NCBI GenBank assembly: GCA_018651925.1
Contig: JABIDC010000009.1
Location: 80,403 to 144,402, forward strand
Length of the DNA stretch: 64,000 bases
Direction: 5' to 3'
Source: an archaeon
GTDB lineage: Archaea; Nanobdellota; Nanobdellia; Pacearchaeales; GW2011-AR1
Shown: positions 45,399-52,833 of the stretch, piece after piece
How the letters are laid out: each line of letters starts with the position of its first letter
Position numbering within the stretch: position 1 is the stretch's first letter
Notes under the pieces: generated by a model
What the model was told of the DNA's origin: nothing
Seen by the model: only the letters and a program-made list of their open reading frames with translations
Databases searched by the model: none
Position numbers and translations under genes: made by a program

Positions 45399-45749
45399 AT
45401 GGAATTAGTAGCATTATTATCTTCAGGTGAAAATACTTGGGCACAAGTTTCTGGGCTTATGAGCCATGGAGATTGGGAAAAGATTATTCTTCTTGGAGGA
45501 GAAGATGCAAAAGCCTTTACTCATGAGAAACCGTTTACTTTTATCCAAATAGACTTATCTAAAAAACTTAAATCTCTAAAGGAAGAATTCCAAGAAAAAT
45601 TAAAAGGGAAATTTGAGGGAATGGAAGTGGCTCTTTCAATTGCTTCTGGAGATGGAAAGGAACACATGGCATTAATGTCTGCTTTAATTAATCTCCCAAT
45701 GGGAATTAGATTTGCAGCATTAACAAAAGACGGTGTAATTGATTTATAA
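45399..45749 (+). CDS. Hypothetical 116-aa protein with a small Rossmann-like pattern
   Basis: ATG start with TTATAAAG ending 20 nt upstream. Alternating beta/alpha pattern (LVALLSSG ... KIILLGGED ... VALSIASGDGKEHMALMSAL). Family unknown. Confidence 0.5.
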   Translation: MELVALLSSGENTWAQVSGLMSHGDWEKIILLGGEDAKAFTHEKPFTFIQIDLSKKLKSLKEEFQEKLKGKFEGMEVALSIASGDGKEHMALMSALINLPMGIRFAALTKDGVIDL

Positions 45750-45763
45750 TTCAATAATTATTT

Positions 45764-47179
45764 CTAAAATAAAGCTTTAGCCCAAAAAAACATTAAGACT
45801 GCAATTGCAAGTAGGAAGATCCAAGTTATAAACTGAAATGCTTTATCTGCAATTTTTTCTCTTCTAGTAATCCCCCAGATAGTTAAATGGAAGAATCTTC
45901 CCCCGTCAAAAATTCCAACAGGAAGCATATTTACCAAAGCAACACTTATACTAATTAGAATCATCCACCAAAATAAATCATAAATAAATATTCCTAAATC
46001 TCCCATTTTAGATTCATAATAAATATTCGGATCTTTAAATGAGGTCAACTTTGAAATTAGCGTATCTACAATTCCGGTTTTTTGGGGGTTTAATGTAACA
46101 ATCCCAATAAAGGATTTTCCTGCTTTTTCTGGGTTTTCTTCCAAAGCAATTTCAAAACTTTTTTCTCCTTCTTGAGCCATCGTTAGAACATTAACTGTTT
46201 CTCCAGGAGAATATTTTTCTAATTCAAAGGTCAATGTTTCAAGAGAATTAACAGTATTTCCATTTATTTCAATAATTGCTCCAGTTAAATTATTCTTTAT
46301 GGCAGGGGCAGAGTCATAAAGTGCAACAATTAAGTTATCCTCTGAAAATCCCTTTATCCCAACATACTCTTTGTCCCCAACTTCAATATAATTGTAAGTA
46401 AAATTTTTTGAAAGGGGGACTAACTCATCCATTGTAGGATTTACTAACCCAATCCCATTAATCATTGTTATTTCTGTTGTGTTTACAATAGAATAAGAAT
46501 AGTCATTAAATTGAACTCCTGAAGGAACAAATACTAAAGAAAAAAATGCAAGAGTTATGATAAAAAAGAAAATTCCCGTTACAACATTGGCAAAAGTTCC
46601 TGCGGCTAAAACCGCCATTTGTTTAAATTTACTCGCCCTAAGCATACTCTTTTCTTCTTGTTCAACAAATGCTGCTAAGAAAACTGGAAAGAATGAAGGA
46701 AAGAACCCAAATCCAGTTGATTTGATTTTAATTCCATATCTTTTCATAAAGATTCCATGAGAGAATTCATGGGTGATTGCAACTACCGCTAAAATTAAAA
46801 TCCAATATGTAAAATAAAATGGAGGCAAGAAATCTAATTTGAAAACTTGGGGCAAATAAGGAATTAAAGGCATTATTGGGGGAATTTTCATTGCTTTAAC
46901 CAAAGAAGGATTTAACATATATACCCAAACAAGTCTGCCAAATAAGTAAATAATTCCCGCCATCAAAAAATATCCGAGAGTGATTGCAACGTAACTTAAA
47001 ACAGTCAAAGTTTTCTTATATCTTTTTCCCACATAATTAATTAGTTTAATTCCCCAGCCAGCTTTATATAATAGAAGAAGTCCTTCTTTTTCAACCTTTT
47101 TTTTATTTTTGTATAAGAATCTAATAATTAAAATTGCAAAAATCCCAAACAAAACTAAATCGTATATTAAAAAACTCAT
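45764..47179 (-). CDS. Site-2 protease (M50 family) with an internal PDZ domain
   Basis: HEFSHGIFMKRYG HExxH in a TM helix, a PDZ-like segment (GAIIEINGNTVNSLETL) and a late NMLPVGIFDGGRF motif. The track start at 47194 is TTG, so ATG 47179 is used. Confidence 0.85.
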   Translation of the reverse strand: MSFLIYDLVLFGIFAILIIRFLYKNKKKVEKEGLLLLYKAGWGIKLINYVGKRYKKTLTVLSYVAITLGYFLMAGIIYLFGRLVWVYMLNPSLVKAMKIPPIMPLIPYLPQVFKLDFLPPFYFTYWILILAVVAITHEFSHGIFMKRYGIKIKSTGFGFFPSFFPVFLAAFVEQEEKSMLRASKFKQMAVLAAGTFANVVTGIFFFIITLAFFSLVFVPSGVQFNDYSYSIVNTTEITMINGIGLVNPTMDELVPLSKNFTYNYIEVGDKEYVGIKGFSEDNLIVALYDSAPAIKNNLTGAIIEINGNTVNSLETLTFELEKYSPGETVNVLTMAQEGEKSFEIALEENPEKAGKSFIGIVTLNPQKTGIVDTLISKLTSFKDPNIYYESKMGDLGIFIYDLFWWMILISISVALVNMLPVGIFDGGRFFHLTIWGITRREKIADKAFQFITWIFLLAIAVLMFFWAKALF

Positions 47180-47209
47180 CTCTTTTTTTCTCAATTAAAA
47201 TAAGCAAGC

Positions 47210-47371
47210 TTATTTCTTTTTTAGTGGTCTAAAGGCAGCTTTGTCACATTTACGACATTTTACTTTTCCCTTTAGAATTTTTTGAGGGTCTGCTCTCATT
47301 TTTGTTTGACATCCCTTACATACGAAAATATTCTTAAATAATCTATTTTGTGCTTCTTCTATTTTTGCCAT
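47210..47371 (-). CDS. rpl40e: Ribosomal protein eL40
   Basis: 53-aa ORF below the track cutoff, translated by hand: MAKIEEAQNRLFKNIFVCKGCQTKMRADPQKILKGKVKCRKCDKAAFRPLKKK. It has the CxxC...CxxC zinc ribbon of L40e. Its ATG overlaps the aIF5A stop (TAATG). Confidence 0.85.
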   Translation of the reverse strand: MAKIEEAQNRLFKNIFVCKGCQTKMRADPQKILKGKVKCRKCDKAAFRPLKKK

Positions 47372-47763
47372 TATAATGCTCTCCTAAGAATTTTATCTCC
47401 TTCAACATCCCAATATTCAACATTTGAATTTTCTTTTAATTTCCCTTTTAGTTCTTCATCTTCACATTCAATATCAAGACTTTCAAAAGTTTCAAGGTCC
47501 ATAACACTTACGGTATTTCCTGCAATCGAAAGAACTTGTGCTTTCTTTTTATCTACTAAAGGAACTTCAAGTCTATCATGGCCAGGCACAACAAAAACTT
47601 TCCTTTGGGTTCCGATTATCGAATCTGATTCAATTCTACATTTTGCATGTCCGTGTTTTCCAGTTTTACTAATATCTATTTTTTTAATAGTGAAAGCACG
47701 ACCATCAATAAGAATATTTGTTCCAACTCTCGCTTCTGTGGCGTTGATAATTTTTAATACCAT
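47371..47763 (-). CDS. eif5a: Translation initiation factor 5A (aIF5A)
   Basis: Hypusination loop SKTGKHGHAKCRIE and an overall 130-aa SH3 plus OB layout. Confidence 0.95.
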   Translation of the reverse strand: MVLKIINATEARVGTNILIDGRAFTIKKIDISKTGKHGHAKCRIESDSIIGTQRKVFVVPGHDRLEVPLVDKKKAQVLSIAGNTVSVMDLETFESLDIECEDEELKGKLKENSNVEYWDVEGDKILRRAL

Positions 47764-47784
47764 AAACTACCAAAAAAAAATACA

Positions 47785-47792
47785 TTTATAAA
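47785..47792 (+). promoter_or_regulatory. TATA-box-like TTTATAAA upstream of the FKBP gene
   Basis: Ends 21 nt before ATG 47814. Confidence 0.5.
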
Positions 47793-47813
47793 CTTTTACT
47801 CAGCAATACTTTT

Positions 47814-48452
47814 ATGAAAATCGCAGAAAAAGACTTTATTGAAATCAATTTTACTGGTAAAACTGCCGACGGAGAATTATTTGATTCAAATTTAAAAGAA
47901 AATCTAGAAAAAATAAATTCGAACGCTCCAGTAAAACCTTTTATTTTCGGATTAGGCCAAGGAATGTTTCTGAAAGGGATTGAAGATTTTCTAATTGGAA
48001 AAGAACTAGGAAAATATGAAATAACTTTAGAACCAAAAGAAGGGTTTGGGGAAAGAGATAGAAGTTTCATTCGAATGGTTCCACTAAAAGTATTTCATGA
48101 AAAGCAAGTTAGGCCAATCGCTGGAATGATGTTTGATTTTGATGGAAGGCCTGCAAAAATTTTAACGGTTTCTGGGGGGAGAGTAACTGTGGATTTCAAT
48201 AATCCTCTTGCAGGAAAAACAGTTGTATATAATATAGATGTAGTAAGAAAAGTGGAAGATTTGAAAGAAAAGGTAAATGCATTTAATGAATTTTTATTCA
48301 AAAAAGAATTTCCAATGGAAATTAAAGAAAAAAAATTAATTTTAGAAGTCGATAAACAATTAGTTCAATTTGTTCCAATGTTTAAGGAAAAATATAAGGA
48401 AATTTTTGATCTAGATTTAGAAGCAAAAGAAAGTGAACCTGAGAAGAAATAA
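47814..48452 (+). CDS. FKBP-type peptidyl-prolyl cis-trans isomerase (archaeal long/SlyD-like form)
   Basis: FIEINFTGKTADGELFDSN, FIFGLGQGMFLKGIEDFLIG and NNPLAGKTVVYNIDV motifs, with an inserted flap domain. Confidence 0.85.
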   Translation: MKIAEKDFIEINFTGKTADGELFDSNLKENLEKINSNAPVKPFIFGLGQGMFLKGIEDFLIGKELGKYEITLEPKEGFGERDRSFIRMVPLKVFHEKQVRPIAGMMFDFDGRPAKILTVSGGRVTVDFNNPLAGKTVVYNIDVVRKVEDLKEKVNAFNEFLFKKEFPMEIKEKKLILEVDKQLVQFVPMFKEKYKEIFDLDLEAKESEPEKK

Positions 48453-48473
48453 GCTTTCATAAACACAATAATT

Positions 48474-48481
48474 TTTATAAA
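48474..48481 (+). promoter_or_regulatory. TATA-box-like TTTATAAA upstream of ftsZ
   Basis: Ends 21 nt before ATG 48503. Confidence 0.5.
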
Positions 48482-48502
48482 CAACTAGCAGCTATTTTAC
48501 AT

Positions 48503-49606
48503 ATGGATGATATTTACGAAAACGAAAATTCTAATTTGAAAAATCTTTCCCCAGAAATAAAAGAGATTGATCGCGAATTAGCAGAACTTCTAAAAAAACA
48601 GTCGGCAAAGATTAAAGTTATAGGTATCGGGGGAGGAGGAAATAATTCTCTTTCAAGAATGAGAGAAATTGGAATTAAGGGCGGAGAATTAATCGCAATC
48701 AATACTGATGCCCAGGATTTACTTTATGCAAATGCAGATCAAAAAATATTAATTGGAAAAGAATTAACTGCCGGGCTTGGTGCAGGAAGCAATCCTAGAA
48801 TTGGGCAAGAAGCAGCAAAAGAATCTGCAACAGAAATTAAGAAAAAAATTGCTGGAAGCGACATGATCTTTATTACTTGTGGAATGGGTGGGGGGACCGG
48901 AACAGGAGCAGCTCCAGAAGTTGCAAGGTTAGCAAAAAAACAAGGAGCACTAACAATTGGAATAGTAACTTTGCCATTTACTCTTGAAGGTCAGAAAAGA
49001 ATAGAAAATGCAATGAATGGTCTTGAGAAAATGGAGGCAATGGTGGACACATTAATTGTAATCCCTAATGATAAGCTTTTAGAACTTGCTCCAGATTTAC
49101 CCCTTCATACCGCATTTAAGATTTCAGATGAAATTCTAACAAACGCAGTTAAAGGAACAACTGAATTAATTACCACTTCTGGTTTAGTTAATTTAGATTT
49201 TGCCGACGTAAAGGCGGTAATGTCAAACGGGGGAGTTTCATTAATTGGGATGGGAGAATCAGATACAGAAAATCGTGCCCTCGATGCAGTAGAAAAAGCA
49301 ATGACAAATCCTTTGTTAGATGTTGATATTTCAAACGCCGGAGGAGCAATAGTGAATATTGTTGGAGGGCCAAATATGAGCTTAGATGAATGTAAACAAA
49401 TTTTTGAGGTTATTGGAAATAAATTAAGCCCAAATGCAAAATTAATTTGGGGAGCACAAATTGCTCCAGACATGGACAAGTCAATTAGAGTATTGTTGAT
49501 TGTAACTGGGGTCAAAAGTTCTCAAATAATTGGAAGTTCTACAACAAAAGAAAATCTTCGACATCAAGAATTAGAAGATGAACTTGGAATAGAATTCTTT
49601 GAATAA
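48503..49606 (+). CDS. ftsZ: Cell division GTPase FtsZ
   Basis: VIGIGGGGNNSLSRM, the tubulin signature GMGGGTGTGAAP, and NLDFADVKAVM. Confidence 0.95.
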   Translation: MDDIYENENSNLKNLSPEIKEIDRELAELLKKQSAKIKVIGIGGGGNNSLSRMREIGIKGGELIAINTDAQDLLYANADQKILIGKELTAGLGAGSNPRIGQEAAKESATEIKKKIAGSDMIFITCGMGGGTGTGAAPEVARLAKKQGALTIGIVTLPFTLEGQKRIENAMNGLEKMEAMVDTLIVIPNDKLLELAPDLPLHTAFKISDEILTNAVKGTTELITTSGLVNLDFADVKAVMSNGGVSLIGMGESDTENRALDAVEKAMTNPLLDVDISNAGGAIVNIVGGPNMSLDECKQIFEVIGNKLSPNAKLIWGAQIAPDMDKSIRVLLIVTGVKSSQIIGSSTTKENLRHQELEDELGIEFFE

Positions 49607-49636
49607 TTTTAAAAACCCTCTCTCTATATTTATTAT

Positions 49637-49816
49637 ATGAAAAAAGCATTAACTAGCTCGAGATCATTTTTCCTAAAGTGTAAAAGGGTTTGGCACGCAT
49701 TAAAAAAACCTTCAAAACCGGAATTTGAGATGGTGGCAAAGATTTCCGCAGTGGGAATCGCAGTTTTGGGGCTTTTGGGGTTTTTGATTTCTGTAATTAT
49801 AAAAGCAATGATTTAA
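49637..49816 (+). CDS. secE: Preprotein translocase subunit SecE (Sec61 gamma)
   Basis: 59-aa ORF below the track cutoff (MKKALTSSRSFFLKCKRVWHALKKPSKPEFEMVAKISAVGIAVLGLLGFLISVIIKAMI). Single C-terminal TM, in the canonical position just before spt5. Confidence 0.75.
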   Translation: MKKALTSSRSFFLKCKRVWHALKKPSKPEFEMVAKISAVGIAVLGLLGFLISVIIKAMI

Positions 49817-49894
49817 CAATAATTTTATAAAGCCTTATTTTTAATTAAGTATATCTTTCTAAGATATTTTATGTCTTAGTCGGAGCAAAAGAAA

Positions 49895-50350
49895 ATGATC
49901 TTTATTATAAAAGTAACAACAAACAAAGAAGAAAGAGCAGCAGAAATGGTTGCAGATAGAATCAACAAAAAAGAAATTAATGCTTTCTCTGTTTCAAAGC
50001 CTCATGGATTAAGAGGATATATTTTACTTGAAGCAGAGAACAGAGATTCTGCAGAAGAAGCAGTTTACAATCTTCCATATGTAAAAGGAATTATTGGAAA
50101 GACAATCACTTATGAAGAAATCAAAAATATGATTGAGCCAACAGCTTCTACAGTCACAATAAAAATCGGAGACATTGTAGAGATGATCGCTGAACCTTTC
50201 AAGAAAGAAAAAGCGAAAGTTATAAGAATAGATAAACAGAAAGGAGAAGTAGTGGCAAGTTTATTGGGAGCAGTTGTTCCATTGCCAGTAACAGTAAAAA
50301 TAGATAACATTAAAGTTATCCGACGTGAAGGAGAAGAAGATGCAAGTTAA
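49895..50350 (+). CDS. spt5: Transcription elongation factor Spt5 (NusG)
   Basis: NGN domain (IFIIKVTTNKEERAAEMV...GYILLEAEN) plus KOW (GDIVEMIAEPFKKEKAKVIRID). TTTATAAA at 49824-49831 lies 63 nt upstream, suggesting a leadered mRNA. Confidence 0.9.
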   Translation: MIFIIKVTTNKEERAAEMVADRINKKEINAFSVSKPHGLRGYILLEAENRDSAEEAVYNLPYVKGIIGKTITYEEIKNMIEPTASTVTIKIGDIVEMIAEPFKKEKAKVIRIDKQKGEVVASLLGAVVPLPVTVKIDNIKVIRREGEEDAS

Positions 50351-50945
50351 ATTATTAGCAGAAGGCGGAAGTATGAAACCAGGACCAGCACTTAGTCAGA
50401 AGCTTGGACCTCTTGGAATTAATATTAATAACGTAATACAAAAAGTAAATGAAGCGACAGCTGAATTTAAAGGGCTTACAGTTCCAGTAGAATTAGATAT
50501 AGACGCTGGAACAAAAGAATTTTCTGTAACTGTCTTTTCTCCTCCTGTTTCAGGTTTATTGAAAAAAGAAATCGGAATCGAAAAAGGATCTGGGGAACAA
50601 AAAAAATATCAGGTTGCAAATCTTTCTATAGAACAAATAATTTCTGTTTCTAAAGCAAAATTACCAACAATGCTTTGTAATGATTTAGAATCTGCAGTGA
50701 AAACTGTTGTTGGAAGTTGTGTAAGTTTAGGGGTTTTAATTGAAGGAAAGCCTGCAGTTGAAGTGGCCCAAGAACTAAATGAAGGAAAATATTCAAAAGA
50801 AATTAAAGAAGAAAAGACAGAAACTTCTGCAGAAAAACGTTCTGAATTAGACGAACATTTTGCAAAAGTTAAAGCAGTACAAGATAAATTGTTAAAACAA
50901 GAAAAAGCAGAAAAGGAAGCTGAGGCAGAAAAGAAAAAGAAATAG
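50340..50945 (+). CDS. rpl11: Ribosomal protein uL11 with a Lys/Glu-rich C-terminal extension
   Basis: GGSMKPGPALSQKLGPLGINI signature. The track start at 50325 is GTG, so ATG 50340 is used, preceded by GGAGAAG. About 45 extra C-terminal residues. Confidence 0.9.
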   Translation: MQVKLLAEGGSMKPGPALSQKLGPLGININNVIQKVNEATAEFKGLTVPVELDIDAGTKEFSVTVFSPPVSGLLKKEIGIEKGSGEQKKYQVANLSIEQIISVSKAKLPTMLCNDLESAVKTVVGSCVSLGVLIEGKPAVEVAQELNEGKYSKEIKEEKTETSAEKRSELDEHFAKVKAVQDKLLKQEKAEKEAEAEKKKK

Positions 50946-50946
50946 C

Positions 50947-50954
50947 TTTATAAA
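50947..50954 (+). promoter_or_regulatory. TATA-box-like TTTATAAA upstream of tRNA-Pro
   Basis: Ends 26 nt before the first tRNA nucleotide (50981). Confidence 0.55.
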
Positions 50955-50980
50955 ATCTCTATGCTCTTTTTTCCTATAAT

Positions 50981-51053
50981 GGGGCTATGGGGTAGCCTGG
51001 TAGCCTTCGAGCTTTGGGAGTTCGCGACCCCGGTTCAAATCCGGGTAGCCCCA
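50981..51053 (+). tRNA. tRNA-Pro (anticodon UGG)
   Basis: Manual cloverleaf. Acceptor GGGGCTA/TAGCCCC. Anticodon arm CGAGC-TTTGGGA-GTTCG (UGG, G37). T arm CCCGG-TTCAAAT-CCGGG. Discriminator A. No encoded CCA and no intron. Confidence 0.85.
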
Positions 51054-51077
51054 TGAAAATTAACAAATAGAAAACAA

Positions 51078-51296
51078 ATGACAACAAAATCAAAAAAAAC
51101 AAAATCTGCAGGAAGGTTTGGTTCTAGATATGGAACTAAAGTCAGAAAAAAATTAGTTAAAGTTGAAACAAAACAAAGAGTTAAACAAAAATGTCCTTTC
51201 TGTGAAAAGCTTGGGGTAAAAAGGCTTTCAAACGGAATTTGGGAATGTAAAAAATGCGATAAAAAATTCGCAAATAATACATATTATTTAGATTAA
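51078..51296 (+). CDS. rpl37ae: Ribosomal protein eL43 (L37Ae)
   Basis: GRFGSRYGTKVRKK and zinc ribbon CPFC...CKKC. Confidence 0.9.
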   Translation: MTTKSKKTKSAGRFGSRYGTKVRKKLVKVETKQRVKQKCPFCEKLGVKRLSNGIWECKKCDKKFANNTYYLD

Positions 51297-51297
51297 A

Positions 51298-51435
51298 ATG
51301 GTAACATATAAATGCTTTAAGTGTGGAAAGAAGATAACCGATGCAAATCTTGAAAAAAGATTTGTTTGCCCAGCTTGCGGAAGCAAGATTTTCTTTAAAC
51401 CACGAACTAAAGTCAAAACATTAAAGGCAGAATAA
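51298..51435 (+). CDS. rpoP: DNA-directed RNA polymerase subunit Rpo12 (RpoP)
   Basis: 45-aa ORF below the track cutoff (MVTYKCFKCGKKITDANLEKRFVCPACGSKIFFKPRTKVKTLKAE) with a CxxC...CxxC ribbon. It follows eL43 as in many archaea, and its stop overlaps the next ATG (TAATG). Confidence 0.75.
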   Translation: MVTYKCFKCGKKITDANLEKRFVCPACGSKIFFKPRTKVKTLKAE

Positions 51436-51746
51436 TGGAAAATAAAATACAAGAGATGCAAATTTTAGAGCAAAATCTTCAACAAATGATTTACCAGAAG
51501 CAAGCTTTCCAAATGGAACTTTCTGAGACTATTTCTGCAGCAAAAGAAATCGAAAAATCAAAGGAAGGAGTTTTCAAGGTGGTAGGACAATTAATGATCC
51601 AAAAAGAAAAATCTGAAATTGAAGAAGAGCTAAAGGAAAAAGAAAAGATATTACAATTAAGAGTAGAGTCAATTGCAAAACAAGAGGGCCCATTAAGAGA
51701 AAAGTTAGAGCAAATTAGAGAAGAATTAATGGCAAAACAAAAATAA
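51435..51746 (+). CDS. pfdB: Prefoldin beta subunit
   Basis: 103 aa: coiled coil, single beta hairpin (VFKVVGQLMIQKEKSE), coiled coil. Confidence 0.8.
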   Translation: MENKIQEMQILEQNLQQMIYQKQAFQMELSETISAAKEIEKSKEGVFKVVGQLMIQKEKSEIEEELKEKEKILQLRVESIAKQEGPLREKLEQIREELMAKQK

Positions 51747-51769
51747 GTATATTCGAGAGTGGCAAAATC

Positions 51770-51777
51770 TTTATAAA
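51770..51777 (+). promoter_or_regulatory. TATA-box-like TTTATAAA upstream of sepF
   Basis: Ends 21 nt before ATG 51799. It overlaps neither neighbour, and it argues against the TTG 51781 start in the track. Confidence 0.5.
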
Positions 51778-51798
51778 CATTTGACGGATAAATTCAAT

Positions 51799-52188
51799 AT
51801 GGTATTCAGAAAAATAAAAAAAGCGTTTGAGACAAGTGAACCAGAAGTAGATGAATATTTAGAAATCGACTTGAATCAAGAAAAAAAAGATAATAAAGTT
51901 CTAGTAAAACTTTTCGTACTAAACCAGTATGAAGATGTTACTCAAATTCTTACAACCTTAAGAGAAGGATACGCAATTGCAGTAATTGATATTAAACACT
52001 TAAGGAAGAAAGATCCAATTGAATTAAAGAGAGCAGTTTCAAAGATAAAAAAGACTGCAGATGCAATGGAAGGAACTATTGCTGGCTTTGGGGAAAATTT
52101 AGTTATTGTAACTCCTTCATTTGCGAAGATTCAAAAAGAAGAAATCAAATCAAATGAAAACACTTCATCTGGATTTGAAACTTACTAA
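51799..52188 (+). CDS. sepF: Cell division protein SepF (DUF552) homologue
   Basis: N-terminal amphipathic MVFRKIKKAF, a linker, then a core VKLFVLNQYEDVTQILTTLREGYAIAVIDIKHL...ADAMEGTIAGFGENLVIVTPSFAKI matching the SepF fold pattern. Confidence 0.7.
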   Translation: MVFRKIKKAFETSEPEVDEYLEIDLNQEKKDNKVLVKLFVLNQYEDVTQILTTLREGYAIAVIDIKHLRKKDPIELKRAVSKIKKTADAMEGTIAGFGENLVIVTPSFAKIQKEEIKSNENTSSGFETY

Positions 52189-52241
52189 TTTTTTATTCTG
52201 TTAAAAAAATATTAAAAGATAATTTAATCTTTTGAAAAATC

Positions 52242-52637
52242 TTATATCTTAGCAACAGAGAAAACTGTTTTTAATGCCACTATTATTGTTGCAGGAACAA
52301 ATAATGCAAGTAACGCTGCAAAAGTGGAAGAGACTGTGTCTCCAATTCCAATCCCAATTAATGATCCTGTGACACTTTCCATACCAAATTTACTTACGAT
52401 TACCAAAATTGCACTCGCAATCAAAAATGTTTGGGAATCAGACTTTCCTGAGACGTTAATGGAAAACCCAACAAATAACCCCAACATAACTAAAATTGCA
52501 TAAATTTGAGGGCTATATGAAATAATTTTCTGTAAGGGAAAAATGGACCCTGCACTAATTCCAATAAGAACCGCTAAAATTACTCCAACTAAGAACGCCC
52601 ATGCTCCAATTGAATTTTCTCTCGATTTAAGTGTCAT
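52242..52637 (-). CDS. Four-TM membrane protein, hypothetical
   Basis: 131 aa, an ATG start and four clear hydrophobic helices. No family recognised. Confidence 0.5.
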   Translation of the reverse strand: MTLKSRENSIGAWAFLVGVILAVLIGISAGSIFPLQKIISYSPQIYAILVMLGLFVGFSINVSGKSDSQTFLIASAILVIVSKFGMESVTGSLIGIGIGDTVSSTFAALLALFVPATIIVALKTVFSVAKI

Positions 52638-52799
52638 AAGTTTTTAATAAAAATCGCTAAAAGCGATTGAATTTAAAGACTTGCTAAGATTTGCAAAAAT
52701 TAATAAACAAATCATTGGCTTATCGTCAATAAACTTAGTCGAACTAATTATATAAACTTTATGTCAAATCCAAAATATGTATTTTAATCAATAGAAATC

Positions 52800-52807
52800 T
52801 TTATAAA
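52800..52807 (+). promoter_or_regulatory. TATA-box-like TTTATAAA upstream of the surface-protein gene
   Basis: Ends 26 nt before ATG 52834. Confidence 0.5.
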
Positions 52808-52833
52808 CCAGAGTAACTCCTGAATGACTACAA

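Noticed and set aside
47348-48070. ORFs 47348-47791 (+) and 47786-48070 (-), antisense to aIF5A/eL40 and FKBP
   Set aside because: The sense-strand genes have unmistakable family signatures (the hypusine loop and FKBP motifs). The antisense ORFs are Ser/Phe-rich with no motif.
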